Shown: positions 39,440-51,885, counted from the first letter of the whole stretch. The stretch: DNA of 60,349 nt, filler included, from Dugesia japonica (GCA_001938525.1; 6 parts of 6 records of this genome joined end to end with filler, not necessarily neighbours in it), one strand, 5' to 3'. Numbers and translations: made by a program. Notes: generated by a model not told the origin, from the letters alone.

Positions 39440-39835
39440 AAATCCCGAAATACTCATAATACCCGCCTATCAATCGAATCAGAAAAGTATCATAGTCAAT
39501 CAAGCTCAAGTTGCCTTAAACCCAATCAATAACAGCTCAATTACATTCCAATCGACTTCTTTTATAAAGTCCACCATGCCCGATCCCTAGAGTCAATCCT
39601 TATACCGAAGGTACGGATCTAATTTGTCGACTTCCCTTACCTACATTGTTCTAAGACTATAGGCTGCTCANNNNNNNNNNNNNNNNNNNNNNNNNNNNNN
39701 NNNNNNNNNNNNNNNNNNNNNNNNNNNNNNNNNNNNNNNNNNNNNNNNNNNNNNNNNNNNNNNNNNACATGAAACGTGATGCTTTTAATATTTCACATCC
39801 ATTTCACCAGATAACCTGATTCTAGGGACATGTTT
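39440..39835 (-). pseudogene. 28S (LSU) rRNA fragment
   Basis: Reverse complement reads AACAATGTAGGTAAGGGAAGTCGACAAATTAGATCCGTACCTTCGGTATAAGGATTGACTCTAGGG, the conserved eukaryotic LSU block with substitutions; isolated, no other rDNA nearby. Confidence 0.85.
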
Positions 39836-40908
39836 ACGTATTAATTATGTATTTATGTATATTTAATTCACAATTCTCAAGTCATAATGCTTGGTTAATT
39901 GGAATATTAATTTTAAAATATGTAACCAGTATTTTTTAATCAAAATTTTTTTTTACAATATAATATTTTGATTGATCTATTAGTAATAAAAATTTAATAC
40001 CCATATGGAATTCAACATAGAATTTCAAATAAATTTCAAAGCTCTATCAAAAAGAAATTGCATGAATTTTTAGACAAAACATATTTAGACTAAACTGGAA
40101 TTCCAAATTTAGATTTAGCCACTTTATTGGCATAAATCAAATATTTGTGAATACAAACAACTGAATCTTTGAAATATTATTCTCATTAATTATCATAGAT
40201 TTTGTAGCTGCATATTTGCGTAATATGTTTAAATTAATATTTATAATTAAAGTAAAACATTTTCGTTTGAGTATTGAATAAAAATTCTCAGAAAATTTAT
40301 CAATAAATTACAATTTTCGTAATTATGGAATGTGCGGAATAATAAAATATAACAATTTTATCAATTGAAAAATCTATCATTAGTAGTTTCAATCAAATTT
40401 CGAGATGACATTTCATTAACTATCAACATATTTAAACTAATACTTTAAAAGATTCTGCACAGGAATTAACAACTATGATATTTAACTACTTATATGGCAT
40501 ACGCACTTTAAGGTAAAATTTGTGCAATTAGATATAATGCGTAATCTTTATTCATTAATGAATCAACGGAAATTTATAGTTAATATGTACTTGGAATAAA
40601 TACAATTTTTGATTCAGTTCTGTAAATCTTCCCATTTCTCGTATTTAATGAGTAATCATTTCATTTACTAATTGTTAATATTGTTTTTTTGGCAATAAAC
40701 GACCAACGTTTAAAAATACATAAAAGTCAATAATATATTTCCTAATTCAATCCCATATACTTTTAATAAATTTCTTATTTTAGTTTAATTTTGATTGAAA
40801 AATTAAAATGATTAATAAATCATTAATCTAGTGACTAATAATTTATCAGTAGACATCGATAAAAATTTTGCTTTACATATAACTCATGAAAATATTATAT
40901 ATTCTTAC

Positions 40909-41020
40909 CATAATCAACACCACCAATATACTTTGAAGAAACTGACAATGATTTTCTGATGTGGCCACCTCTGCGAAGAGATCCACCAAACCCAGGGCCA
41001 AATCCACATGAATAATCCAT
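40909..41020 (-). CDS. Candidate first coding exon (possibly of SRGAP)
   Basis: MDYSCGFGPGFGGSLRRGGHIRKSLSVSSKYIGGVDY + G|GTAAGA phase-1 donor, compatible with the SRGAP acceptor at 33746. Confidence 0.5.
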
Positions 41021-42203
41021 TTAAGAAAAGTTCCGGAAATAAGAAAGTATCTAATTTGTATTTTTATGAAAATAAGCTATTGTAACAATTGAAAAAATTA
41101 TGAAAGCAAATACTAATTTCTTAAATTATAAATTAAAATTTTTAAATATTATTTAACATTTTTTTCACAAACATGATTCATTTATACTTCATTTTTATCA
41201 TAATAGTTTTAAAATAACAATTAAAGTTATAAAAATCATAAATTCAATGTGATCTTACTTTCAAAGATGAAAAAATCCACAAAATGAAATAACAACTGAA
41301 GTTAGAAATAATTCATAAATTCGATGTCATTCGTTATTATTGATTTGTGTCACACTGCTTGGGACACACCATTATATTTACTCTAAATATATATGACGTC
41401 ATTATTCAAGGGAAGAAACTCTACCTATTTTATTTCTGCTTCAGCGAATCAGATTTTAATATTTGTTTTGATTAAGAGAGACTATCATAAACTTACTGTT
41501 AAGCAATTTATCATTCTACACTGCCATTACAAAGGCTACGAGTCTATTAAAATGAAAAAAATCTGAAAAAACTTATTTTGTATCTAAATTACCTAAGTAT
41601 GATAATACCATTCTATAATTAAAAATTAAGTAGTTTTTAGTAGTAGAAAATGCATGTATTACTGAAAAAAATTGTGTAGACAATAAGAAATCCAGTGAGC
41701 TCATTTATTTTCTTAGAAAGCACTTAAGCTTAGGGAATTATGCAGTTGTAATGTCAAATTAGTGTTCAGTGAATTCTGCTGAAATCTTTAAAATTTTTAA
41801 GGTTACTGATAATTTTTTAAGTCTATTGTAAGATTAAAAAGTAAATATTGAACAAAGTTATTTACCCAGTACTTCAGCATAATAACTTCGAATAATGTTA
41901 TTTGGGAGTTAAATAATTATCTTATTTCAAGAGTTAATAAATTATGTTTAATGAATGCACGAACATCGGGTCTAAAGTTTNNNNNNNNNNNNNNNNNNNN
42001 NNNNNNNNNNNNNNNNNNNNNNNTATATTTTTTAAACTTGAAATTTTCGATCATCTGAAAAAATTAAAATTTTTTGTCAGTCTGGAAATTCCGTTCTGTT
42101 AATTATATTTGTTTAAAAGGGTTAATTAAAATTCAAATATACATACATTAATGAAATTATTAACATTACTTAAAATGAAATTGTTGGACTATAACACCCA
42201 AGA

Positions 42204-42303
42204 NNNNNNNNNNNNNNNNNNNNNNNNNNNNNNNNNNNNNNNNNNNNTTAATTAATTAANNNNNNNNNNNNNNNNNNNNNNNNNNNNNNNNNNNNNNNNN
42301 NNN
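42204..42303. other. Artificial scaffold spacer
   Basis: 44N-TTAATTAATTAA-44N. Confidence 0.95.
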
Positions 42304-42389
42304 CGCAACTTTAGGTTTTCGATTCCATATCAAATATTCATGAACAAATGTTAAACTATAATACGTCTTGTACCAGAACTAGATAATTA

Positions 42390-43011
42390 TTTTTATGCAC
42401 ATGAGGAACGATCTGACGAAAACCATCAGAACTTTAAATGCTACATCAATACAAAAAATAGTATGACGGTTAAATCTTTAAATCATCAATTAGATCTACA
42501 TCATTCCCGTGGTGTTAATGCTCAAGATTTGGAACGAGAAGTGAACTATTTTAGAAAAAAAGATAGTCTTGTCGATTGTGAAGAAAATATAGCTATTGGT
42601 TGTCCTCCAACTAAATTACCTATATTTAAAGATCTTCATCGTAAACTAATTAATTTTGATGGTANNNNNNNNNNTATGAACTTTTTAAAAGAAAAGGATC
42701 TGCTGAAGTATGCAATGAATCGTCCCACGACTGAATCTTGCTTATCAAGAGAACATAGTTAAATAGAAACTGATGTATCTGGAATTCAATCTCTAATACA
42801 ACCTTATAAGATATCGGATAGTACAGCTATGACATCTAATTTCTATAAAGATAGTTTAAATGATTATACTAAAGGATTACCTTATGTTCCAGTTGATCTC
42901 AATTCCATTGATAAATCCAAATACAACACCAGAAGATTTTTTTATTGGACAAATTGGAAAAGCTTAATGTTTTTTATGTATATTGTTGTTTTTTTTGTTG
43001 GCTTTAAGTAA
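42390..43011 (+). pseudogene. Decayed intronless ORF of unknown function
   Basis: ORFs 42463-42762 and 42829-43011 are in frame, separated by a single TAA. Confidence 0.4.
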
Positions 43012-43169
43012 TAATACATGGTTTTTTGAATTGTCTTTTAAATTAATTTACTTTCAAATTTGATATTTGCGAAACACACACAAGGTAAATTATTACTTAT
43101 AAGTTATATATAAGTACGTTCCACACTCAAACCCTATATTACAATTTTCCTATTTAAATAATATAAGTC

Positions 43170-43819
43170 AACTATTCAAATAATGCATTCATAAACCAGA
43201 TTTTACACAGTTAATATGTAAATAATATACTCATAAACCCTATAATACAGGGTTACTATGTAAATAATACACACAAAAACTATATATTAAACGGTTGTTT
43301 TGTAAATAATATACTCGTAAACCTTTTATTACACGGTTAATATGTAAATTATGCACTAATAAACCTTATAATACATGGTTACTATGTAAATAATACAAGT
43401 TAACTATGCAACTAATACACACAAAAACCATATATTAAATGGTTGTTATGTAAATATTACATGATACCTAAGCAAATAATATACCCGTAAACAATATATT
43501 ACATGGTTAATATATATAAAAACACTCATAAACCTTATAATACATGGTTGATATGTAAATAATACAAGGTAACTATGTAAATAACAAACTCATAAACCCT
43601 ATAATACACGGTTACTTTGTAAATTTTACACAGAAAAATCATATATTAAACGGTTGTTATGAAAATATACATCGTACCTAAGCAAATAATATACTCGTAA
43701 ACAATATATTACAGCGTTACTATGCATTTAAACACTCATAAAATTTATAATACATGGTTGCTATGTAAATAATGTACTCATAAACCTTAAATTTTATGGT
43801 TGCTATGTAAATAATACAA
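43170..43819. repeat. ~42-bp tandem minisatellite with higher-order structure
   Basis: Repeated ggtt(a/g)ctatgtaaataatac.c.taaacc.tata.tacac units. Confidence 0.85.
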
Positions 43820-44045
43820 NNNNNNNNNNNNNNNNNNNNNNNNNNNNNNNNNNNNNNNNNNNNNNNNNNNNNNNNNNNNNNNNNNNNNNNNNNNNNNNNN
43901 NNNNNNNNNNNNNNNNNNNNNNNNNNNNNNNNNNNNNNNNNNNNNNNNNNNNNNNNNNNNNNNNNNNNNNNNNNNNNTTCATCTTTATTTATTAAAATAA
44001 TACATACCATTTATTTGTTTATAATCTTTTTTCTGTTCATCATTC

Positions 44046-44240
44046 TCAGCTTCTTTCCGCTTCATTTGGCAAGTTTTTAAACATATTCCTTTTATTTACT
44101 TGTTGCTTCTTATTTACATGAGGTTTCTTATGCGATTGTTTCATCTTTTTTCCATACTTTTTCTTCTCAAAAGATATTTTTTGACGTTTAACAACACCAT
44201 CAGTTACTTGATCAACTACAAATTTCTTTAATTTGGTCAT
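44046..44240 (-). CDS. Small Lys-rich ORF following the Polinton ATPase C-terminus
   Basis: Open 64-aa basic ORF 20 nt after the ATPase stop; same position as 1735-1925. Confidence 0.55.
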   Translation of the reverse strand: MTKLKKFVVDQVTDGVVKRQKISFEKKKYGKKMKQSHKKPHVNKKQQVNKRNMFKNLPNEAERS

Positions 44241-44260
44241 TTTTGAAATATTATGAAAAA

Positions 44261-44314
44261 TTATCTATTTTGTTAATATATTGTGATACCATTTGGATTG
44301 AATATATCTGTTCT
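44261..44314 (-). pseudogene. C-terminal fragment of a further Polinton-type ATPase copy
   Basis: RTDIFNPNGITIY*QNR* versus RTDIFNSKGITVYKQSR* at the end of 1083-1716. Confidence 0.8.
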
Positions 44315-45839
44315 TTTTTAAAATAAATGCAATAGGTATGCCACTTAAATACAACTCAGAGTCAACACACATACACTGAAAATCACATGCCTAGGATATT
44401 TTGACTGCCCCATACCATACAAAATATCAAGACTGTCCCATCTCATACATAAATATAAAGTCTTCTTAAAAAAATTTAATTAAATTTAATTAAATTAAAA
44501 AAAAATCCCCCCCCCATTTGAAAATAAAATTTTAAATTCCCCGCTAAAAAATATTTTTTCAAAATTTCCCGCAAAAAATTCAAAAATAATCAAGACTCCT
44601 CTCTTCCCTATTCAAAATATATTAAAAACAACCCTTCCCATCCAAAAATACTCAAAAATATCATTATTTTCAACTAATTCATCATTTTAAGCAAAATACA
44701 GCATTTTTACCGAAAATAAAGATTTCAAACATTATTACGTCTTAAACTCGGGCAGAAAAATTTCAAATAAAGCTTATAAAATCCGATAATTTATTCTCTT
44801 TTCACACATACCTTTTTCCCCCTCTCGAAAAATTCTTTTAACACACTTATATTACTTACAAATATCAACCAATCAATTTCGGCCACAACCAATCAGAAAT
44901 TAAAGCACTATTGACATCCCAATAATTTACCATCACATTAACTTTCCAATAACCCATCAACCCCTACAAAGATACACTCTCCCAAAGAACACCAACAAAT
45001 ATATTCTGATTATTTAAAAAATATTNNNNNNNNNNNNNNNNNNNNNNNNNNNNNNNNNNNNNNNNNNNNNNNNNNNNNNNNNNNNNNNNNNNNNNAATTC
45101 TTATTAGTAGAATAAATTAGAAAATTTTAAATTTAAAAAACTTGACTAACTCGAGACTTTCAACGGGAGATACGTTGCCAACTGTGGTACTCTCTTCTCA
45201 CCTGTTATTATTTCTATTAAAGTTTCGCTTTATGCACCAGTTAAATTTTTATGTTTCTCGCTAGTTGATGCGAAGTACGATTTTACAAAGTATAATGATT
45301 TAGAATAAGTATAAAATATCCTTACAAATTACATTAAATGAAAATTAAAATTGAAAAAATACAAATCTAATTTTTTTAATAATAAAACACTCAGTGAGCC
45401 ACCAAACTTCTAGAGAAAACCATCCATCCAACCTCATAAGTCCTTTAGACAGTATATAGACCACATTTTTGTCCAACAACAACCAAATCATAAAAACTAC
45501 AAAAAAATTATTTCCAAGATCTCCAGCAATCACTCGAGTCCAAATTCATTCTTACATACACACAAACTCAACTTGACCTACTTTAAATTAACTCACTTAG
45601 CAACCCAAACACACAAATTTTAAAATTTAAACACATACACACACTCTAAGATCAAAAAGACTGACCTGATCAGAAAAAATGATCCGATCAAAAAATCTTT
45701 GATCCCAAAATCTTAGAAAAAAAACAAGCACAATCGTATTCAGTTTCCGAGCCCCCCTCAGGGGTGGGGAGGGGGGTTGTAAATTGTGCTTGTATGCTAC
45801 TATCTACCTACTATTTTAAGAAAATTACCTATTTACCTA

Positions 45840-46449
45840 AGAAAATTATCATTTTGATTGAATATGTCTATTATCACTCCATAGTCATTTGGACATTGTT
45901 GTGTAAAGTCAAGAAATAAATATCCATGAGGTGTTTCTGTTGCATCTTGAAATGATTCAATCAGAAATTGTATGTTATTTGGATATGCTTGCTTTGCTAG
46001 AAAATCAAAAGCAGTTTAAACTCTAGAATCTTTGAATAACACCAAATATTGCACATTTAAATTGCGGGTTCTATGACTACCTCCTTGATGAAATAGTTTT
46101 TGAGTAATAAATATCGCAGTCACATTAAGATGCCTCGATATCTTTGTGAATAAATTATTGAAATCCTTTTTCTTATTTTTCTCCTGATAAAGATAGTCAA
46201 CAACAATAACATCACCTGGTTTCAATCTTTTACTTTAACTTTTATCGAAATTCTTTATAATTTTCATTTTAATCTTATAAACCTCAGATTTAGTCTTTCC
46301 ATTCTCTTCATCTGCTCCCTATGCCAGTATATGTTTTTAAATTTCGAATTGAATAAATTTGATTTCAATAATTTACTAACAAACAAAGTTTTCTCGCTAC
46401 CACTAGGCCCAAACATTTGATATACTGCTTCATTTCTTAATTTTTTCAT
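45840..46449 (-). pseudogene. Second A32/FtsK-like Polinton packaging ATPase, decayed
   Basis: MKKLRNEAVYQMFGPSGSEKT, GDVIVVDYLYQE, FNNLFTKISRH, HRTRNLNVQYLVLFK and DATETPHGYLFLDFTQQCPND; frameshifts and stops. Confidence 0.9.
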
Positions 46450-46534
46450 CTTATTTTTTGAATTTATTAATAATGCAGTACATATTTTATATTTGTTTTA
46501 ACGTATCAATTAAATTAATTCAATCAAAACTCCA

Positions 46535-46945
46535 ATGTTCCTTATTAATATATTTTTTGTCATTAATCATAGAGATGAAGTGACGCAAGAAGTAACAAAA
46601 ATATGAGCTTTCGAATAGGTAAATATTGACATTTCAAAGTTAAAAGTGGCAAGTATACAATTACTATACAAATTTGAATGTCTAAAATTTAGGATGGTTG
46701 ATATATTATTAAATAATTATATTCTTTTAGAACCCTATAATATTATTCATATGCAAATCGTAATAAATTAGTAGAAATTAGCAAAAATATCAAACTGATG
46801 GTTTGAATCAGAGTTATTTTCTTCTTTAAAATATGGTCTTTTATGTATAAATATGTTTTCATCAGGAAAACTAGTAATACTAGGACTTAAATATTTGAAT
46901 TTCCAAGGTTATTTGGATAACATTATTTCAGATTTATTCATTTGA
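46535..46945 (+). pseudogene. TBP-fold gene (both repeats represented), decayed, head-to-head with the ATPase
   Basis: N-part INHRDEVTQEVTK/NMSFRIGK..KSGKYTI matches 798-983; C-part IN**KLAKISN*WFESELFSSLKYGLLCINMFSSGKLVILGLK matches TBP repeat 2 (YEPELFPGL...IFVSGKVVLTGAK). Confidence 0.7.
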
Positions 46946-47386
46946 TTGAAAGAATTTAGAAACTTTGCAGCACATATGCAATACAAGTACAACTTAATTA
47001 CAAATTATATCAATTTAAATTTAGATATTTAATTATCAAATAATTAAATATATTACGTTGTGGTTTTTTTATTATGTATACAGAGTGTTAGTTAAACATG
47101 GGGCAATCATATATTGCAATTCGTTATTAATTTTCTTCTGAAATATGAATATTAAATTGTCAAGTTTTAAAGAAGAATATATATAAATATATATATATAT
47201 ATCAATTTTACCTGGTCTACTAACATCAGACAAAGAAAAAATAAATTTTGCTCATTTTTTAAAATTTTAGCTTTTTATCTATGATCAAGTGTAAGAACTA
47301 TTCTTCTCTTTAAAAGGTCAGATATTCAAACGTGTTACGCTGCACGAAAATCTATCAGATCAGAAGTGACGGAGAACCGATTCAAA

Positions 47387-49280
47387 ATGGAAAACACTAA
47401 TCAAAATCAGTATATCTCAAAAGGCGACGTCAAGGAAGTTTCGATTTTATTGGAAATAATCATACAAAAATTGGCCTTACTTCAACGGATTGAGCCAAGC
47501 TCAGAGNNNNNNNNNNNNNNNNNNNNNNNNNNNNNNNNNNNNNNNNNNNNNNNNNNNNNNNNNNNNNNNNNNNNNNNNNNNNNNNNNNNNNNAGACACAC
47601 TGGATGGCGCCGCCAAAATACCGAATACAAGTAAAATGTTTTCGTGCACTTTGCACAAAATTGGTAAAAATTTGAGTAAAAATTTTAGTAATGTTTTATC
47701 TAATATTACTCATAATTACCTTTTCGTAAACAACTTTGGTAACATTTTATTTAAGAATCATGTTAAGTTTTCAAAATTTATTGAATGTTTGTCATTATTT
47801 CTCTCAGAATGTTCCTCTCGTGACAATTGTAATTAAAGAATGCATGTACTTATTTGTAGATGTTAACGTTTTAGAAAATTATTGTTGGAGTAACTTTGGT
47901 CTTGTGAATGACTTGTATACTGATAAATCAAATATTAATACTGTATCAGAGTCTCCTGGTGCCCCTTATACTGTACCCTTTATTTGTCGTAACCATCGTA
48001 AGTTTAAAGAGGAAACCAGAAATTGCAGTAACCTTAAATTTTAAACAAAAGACTTATTCTTCGAGCAATGAAATAAACAATTCTTTCGTTAAAGATAGGG
48101 AAATTTTACTTAACTTATCTGCTAATCATCAAACCGTTATTCCCAGTACTGTGGTTGAAACTCCTACAAATTCTGCGATTAAAATAAAAAAAGCCTTTGA
48201 GAAATTCTGTCACCATCACAGTTAAAACTCCAAATGCTGGAAACATTGAGGAAAGTGCTCCAATCTCCAAAATAAATGCAGTTTTAACTAAAGGAAATAC
48301 TCAGAAAACAATGGGAAATTTTCCATACATCAGGCAAATATCTTTCTCAATCATATAACTGATCAAGATATTCCGCTCGACTCAGTTCTTATCTCCAATC
48401 ACAAGAACTTCTTAAATCACATTAAAAATAGCAAAATGGTTAAAGAAAACATTCTGAATTCCACAATTCATAATTATATGAAGAATCCTGAACTTCTATC
48501 TCAAGATATCAGAAAATGCGATTCGTTTTCAATAAATTTCTGAAAAAAGATCATAAGCTGCCTTAAAATTCTCAATATCATAAAATCTATTACTCTTCGG
48601 ATTTATTCCTAATCAGGAAAACTCTACAAATTCGAATACTCGGGCTTCTAATACTTTTACTATAGAACACCTTAACTTAATTGGTAATGAAATTGAAAGC
48701 AGAATATCTTCTCTATGCTATGGTCTAGGTAAAGTGGCCAAAATTAAAATTAACTCATTTATTGAAGACTTTACCAAACTGGTAGCAATTTCCAAATCTG
48801 AGAACTTGCATCTTGACACTATGAATTTACTCCATAAAATGAACTCATGGGAAAAGCTTTCCAGTCTTAAAACTCTTTCTCTAAACGAAATTACTGAAAT
48901 CAGAAAAATCTGTCGCATGAACAGAATCAAATTTGGAAAAGTCTCAGTTCACAACATTCTCTTCCCTTAAATCGACTTATTTTTAAAGTTAATCCTACAG
49001 AAACTGTCTTCACTGACAAATCTGTTACGACTGAGGGAAATATATCCTCAACAAATATTCCTGCTACTTCTAGTCCTCTAGATCTATCTATCAATATTAT
49101 CAGTGACTCGAATACTGATATTTTTCAGAATCTCAAGAATCCATACTGAACTCTAGCACTATTGCCTCTTGAATTGTGAAGGCTAGAGAAACTAAAGTCA
49201 AACATTCTGAACCTTTCAAAGACGATTCTTCAAAAAACGCTCCTAAATCAGATTGGCAAAATATTCGTTACTTTTAATAA
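47387..49280 (+). pseudogene. Long decayed intronless ORF of unknown family
   Basis: Overlapping same-strand ORFs (47366, 47736, 47908, 48734) with coding-like composition across frameshifts. Confidence 0.45.
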
Positions 49281-51304
49281 ATGTATTATTTTGTATTTAG
49301 TTTCCTTTCTTTTAATTTAATTTTTTTGAATTTTATTTGAGTTTTAATTTTGTATGTTTCTGAATTTTTAATTTTTATTAAAATTTACTTGTTAAAACAT
49401 ATTTACTTAAAAATGTTTATAGAGTTTTATATATGATTTATTAGATATTATGCTTTTTCAATGGATGTTTATTTATTCTTATAAGGTTTTTATATAGTAT
49501 TATAAAGATTATAAGAAATTTAATGGGTTTCATACTGTTTTTATGGAGATTTATTGAATCATATAAAGTAGTTATACATTAGTTATAGGTTTATATAATC
49601 TAATAAACCTGTTAAACTCCACACATGATAAACTAATGTACATAATAACTCAATCCAATAAAACAGATAATATATAATATATAATACAGATAATATATCG
49701 TAACTATGTAAATATTACACGGTTAAGGTAAACAAATACTTAAAAATTTTTAAATGTCTGAAATCTAGGATGGTTGATATATTTTTATAGAAATTTAATA
49801 AAGGTTTTTCTTTTTAGTTTTATATAGGGTTTTTTAGATATCATACTCTTTCTATAGATGTTTACGTATTCTTTTAAGTTTTTTTATATAGTCTTATAAG
49901 AATTCATACGGTTTGTATGGAGATTTATTAATTTTTATAAGGTATTTATACAGTAATTTTAAGTTATGCAGGGTTTTTAATGGACTTATAATCTAATAAG
50001 CAAAAAATCTAATAAAGAAAAAATAAGAAAACATTAATTGATAAAAGAAATAGTTTTCAAAAATTTAGAAAACGAATATCAAAAAATAATTTAGTTAATC
50101 NNNNNNNNNNNNNNNNNNNNNNNNNNNNNNNNNNNNNNNNNNNNNNNNNNNNNNNNNNNNNNNNNNNNNNNNNNNNNNNNNNNNNNNNNNNNNNNNNNNN
50201 NNNNNNNNNTTTGTAAATCGAAAATCAAATTTCATAAAAACATTTATTCATTACAGCATTATCAAATTAGAGTAATCTGACCAAATTCTCTCCACAATTA
50301 TTACTGAGATTATCCATATTTCTCTACAAAGCAATTTTTTGTCAATCCTAAATTGTCATCGTGTAAATACCAAATCTCCTCACTAAAATTAAATCAGATC
50401 AGATAGATAATTGTCAGCCAACATTTAATTGTGTTCTGGAAATCAAACAACTACTGAGCCGTCTCTCAATCAGAAAACTTAATCCTCGAACAATTATCTC
50501 ATAACGAACAATCATCCTCAGCTAATTTCCAGTCCATTTATCTGACAGTTTAATCAACAACAATTTTGACAATAAGAAGCTCCAATTATTTCTATTAAGG
50601 ATACTATATAAAGCAGTGCAAGCAGGTTACAAGACACTCGTCTATCCGAAGAAGAAAAACTTATCCCCATTATTATTCTTTTAAAAAAGAAAATCAGTCA
50701 TAGAATCGTTTCCAACCCAATGTCCATCTATTCCAAGAAAAGATCCATCAAGTTTAGTTTCGTCAATCAAATCAACAATCAATTCTCCACTATCATTACA
50801 TCGTCCATGACAGTATGTACCTTTTTATTTTATTATATCATTAAATCTTAACAATATAAATGTCTTAGTTTTGCAATAATTTTGATAGATTTTCGTCTTT
50901 AATATGCCTAGAATAAAATTTATTATCACATTAATATGTATAACCTGTTATGCTTATATTATTCCACACCAAAATTTGTTGTTATCGTTATTATAATTAG
51001 TATTAGGACGATCAATGTTTAATTCTATTTCGTTTAATACTGTTTTCGTAGATCTCTCCGAAGGCAATTAGTTAACAAAACATTAAACCTATTGTACATT
51101 TTTGTGAAAAATATTATAATTACAACTATGAATTTTCTCTTTTTTGTATGTATCTATCTTATTTGATACATACGATAGTAAGTTTCGTAAAATTTGCTTA
51201 ATTTTAATTACTTTAATTCCATTTAAATCAATTTATTTTAAATGATTTGTTAATATTTTTATTGGTTTTTTATTAAATTATAATAAAATGTATTTTATAT
51301 TTTT

Positions 51305-51404
51305 NNNNNNNNNNNNNNNNNNNNNNNNNNNNNNNNNNNNNNNNNNNNTTAATTAATTAANNNNNNNNNNNNNNNNNNNNNNNNNNNNNNNNNNNNNNNN
51401 NNNN
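51305..51404. other. Artificial scaffold spacer
   Basis: 44N-TTAATTAATTAA-44N. Confidence 0.95.
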
Positions 51405-51885
51405 AGTAATTAAATTACCTTTTATTAATGAGAAATGTAGCCAAATCATGCAAAATATAATTAAAAAATCTAAACTAACACACGATCCAAGGATTATATT
51501 TAAAACACAAGCACCTTTGGGCATACAATTACAGAAACCAAGACAGAATTTTTGTGGTCCCAAATGCATTTGTGATGGTAAAAATATATGCNATAAAAAA
51601 GATATCACTTACAAAATAACATGCATCTTATGTAAGGATACATATATAGGAGAATCATTCAGAGCCATCCGTACAAGAATTAAAGAACATATCAAACAGA
51701 AAGAAAGTAAAGTCTTCAAACAATTTCAAAACAAACATAATGTTTTACCAGAAAATCATCATATTACATGGAAAACATTAGGAACAGGCTACATTTCTAC
51801 ACTTCCCAGAAAGAAACATGAACAAATATTAATTAAAGAGGCTAAGCTCCAGATCAATGTGGTGTTCAACATATATAATAATTAA
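51405..51885 (+). mobile_element. Penelope-like retroelement, C-terminal GIY-YIG endonuclease
   Basis: IKLPFI..., CGPKCIC..C.KKDITYKITCILCKDTYIGESFRAIRTRIKEH ... RKKHEQILIK...IN. Confidence 0.9.

Noticed and set aside
39440-39835. Functional rDNA unit
   Set aside because: Short isolated fragment with substitutions in conserved positions and no 18S/5.8S nearby
43170-43819. CRISPR-like array
   Set aside because: Units are degenerate along their whole length, with no unique spacers and no cas genes, in a eukaryotic context
46757-46945. Host TBP/TRF2 gene
   Set aside because: Too divergent, intronless, interrupted by stops and twice linked to a viral-type ATPase; treated as element-borne instead
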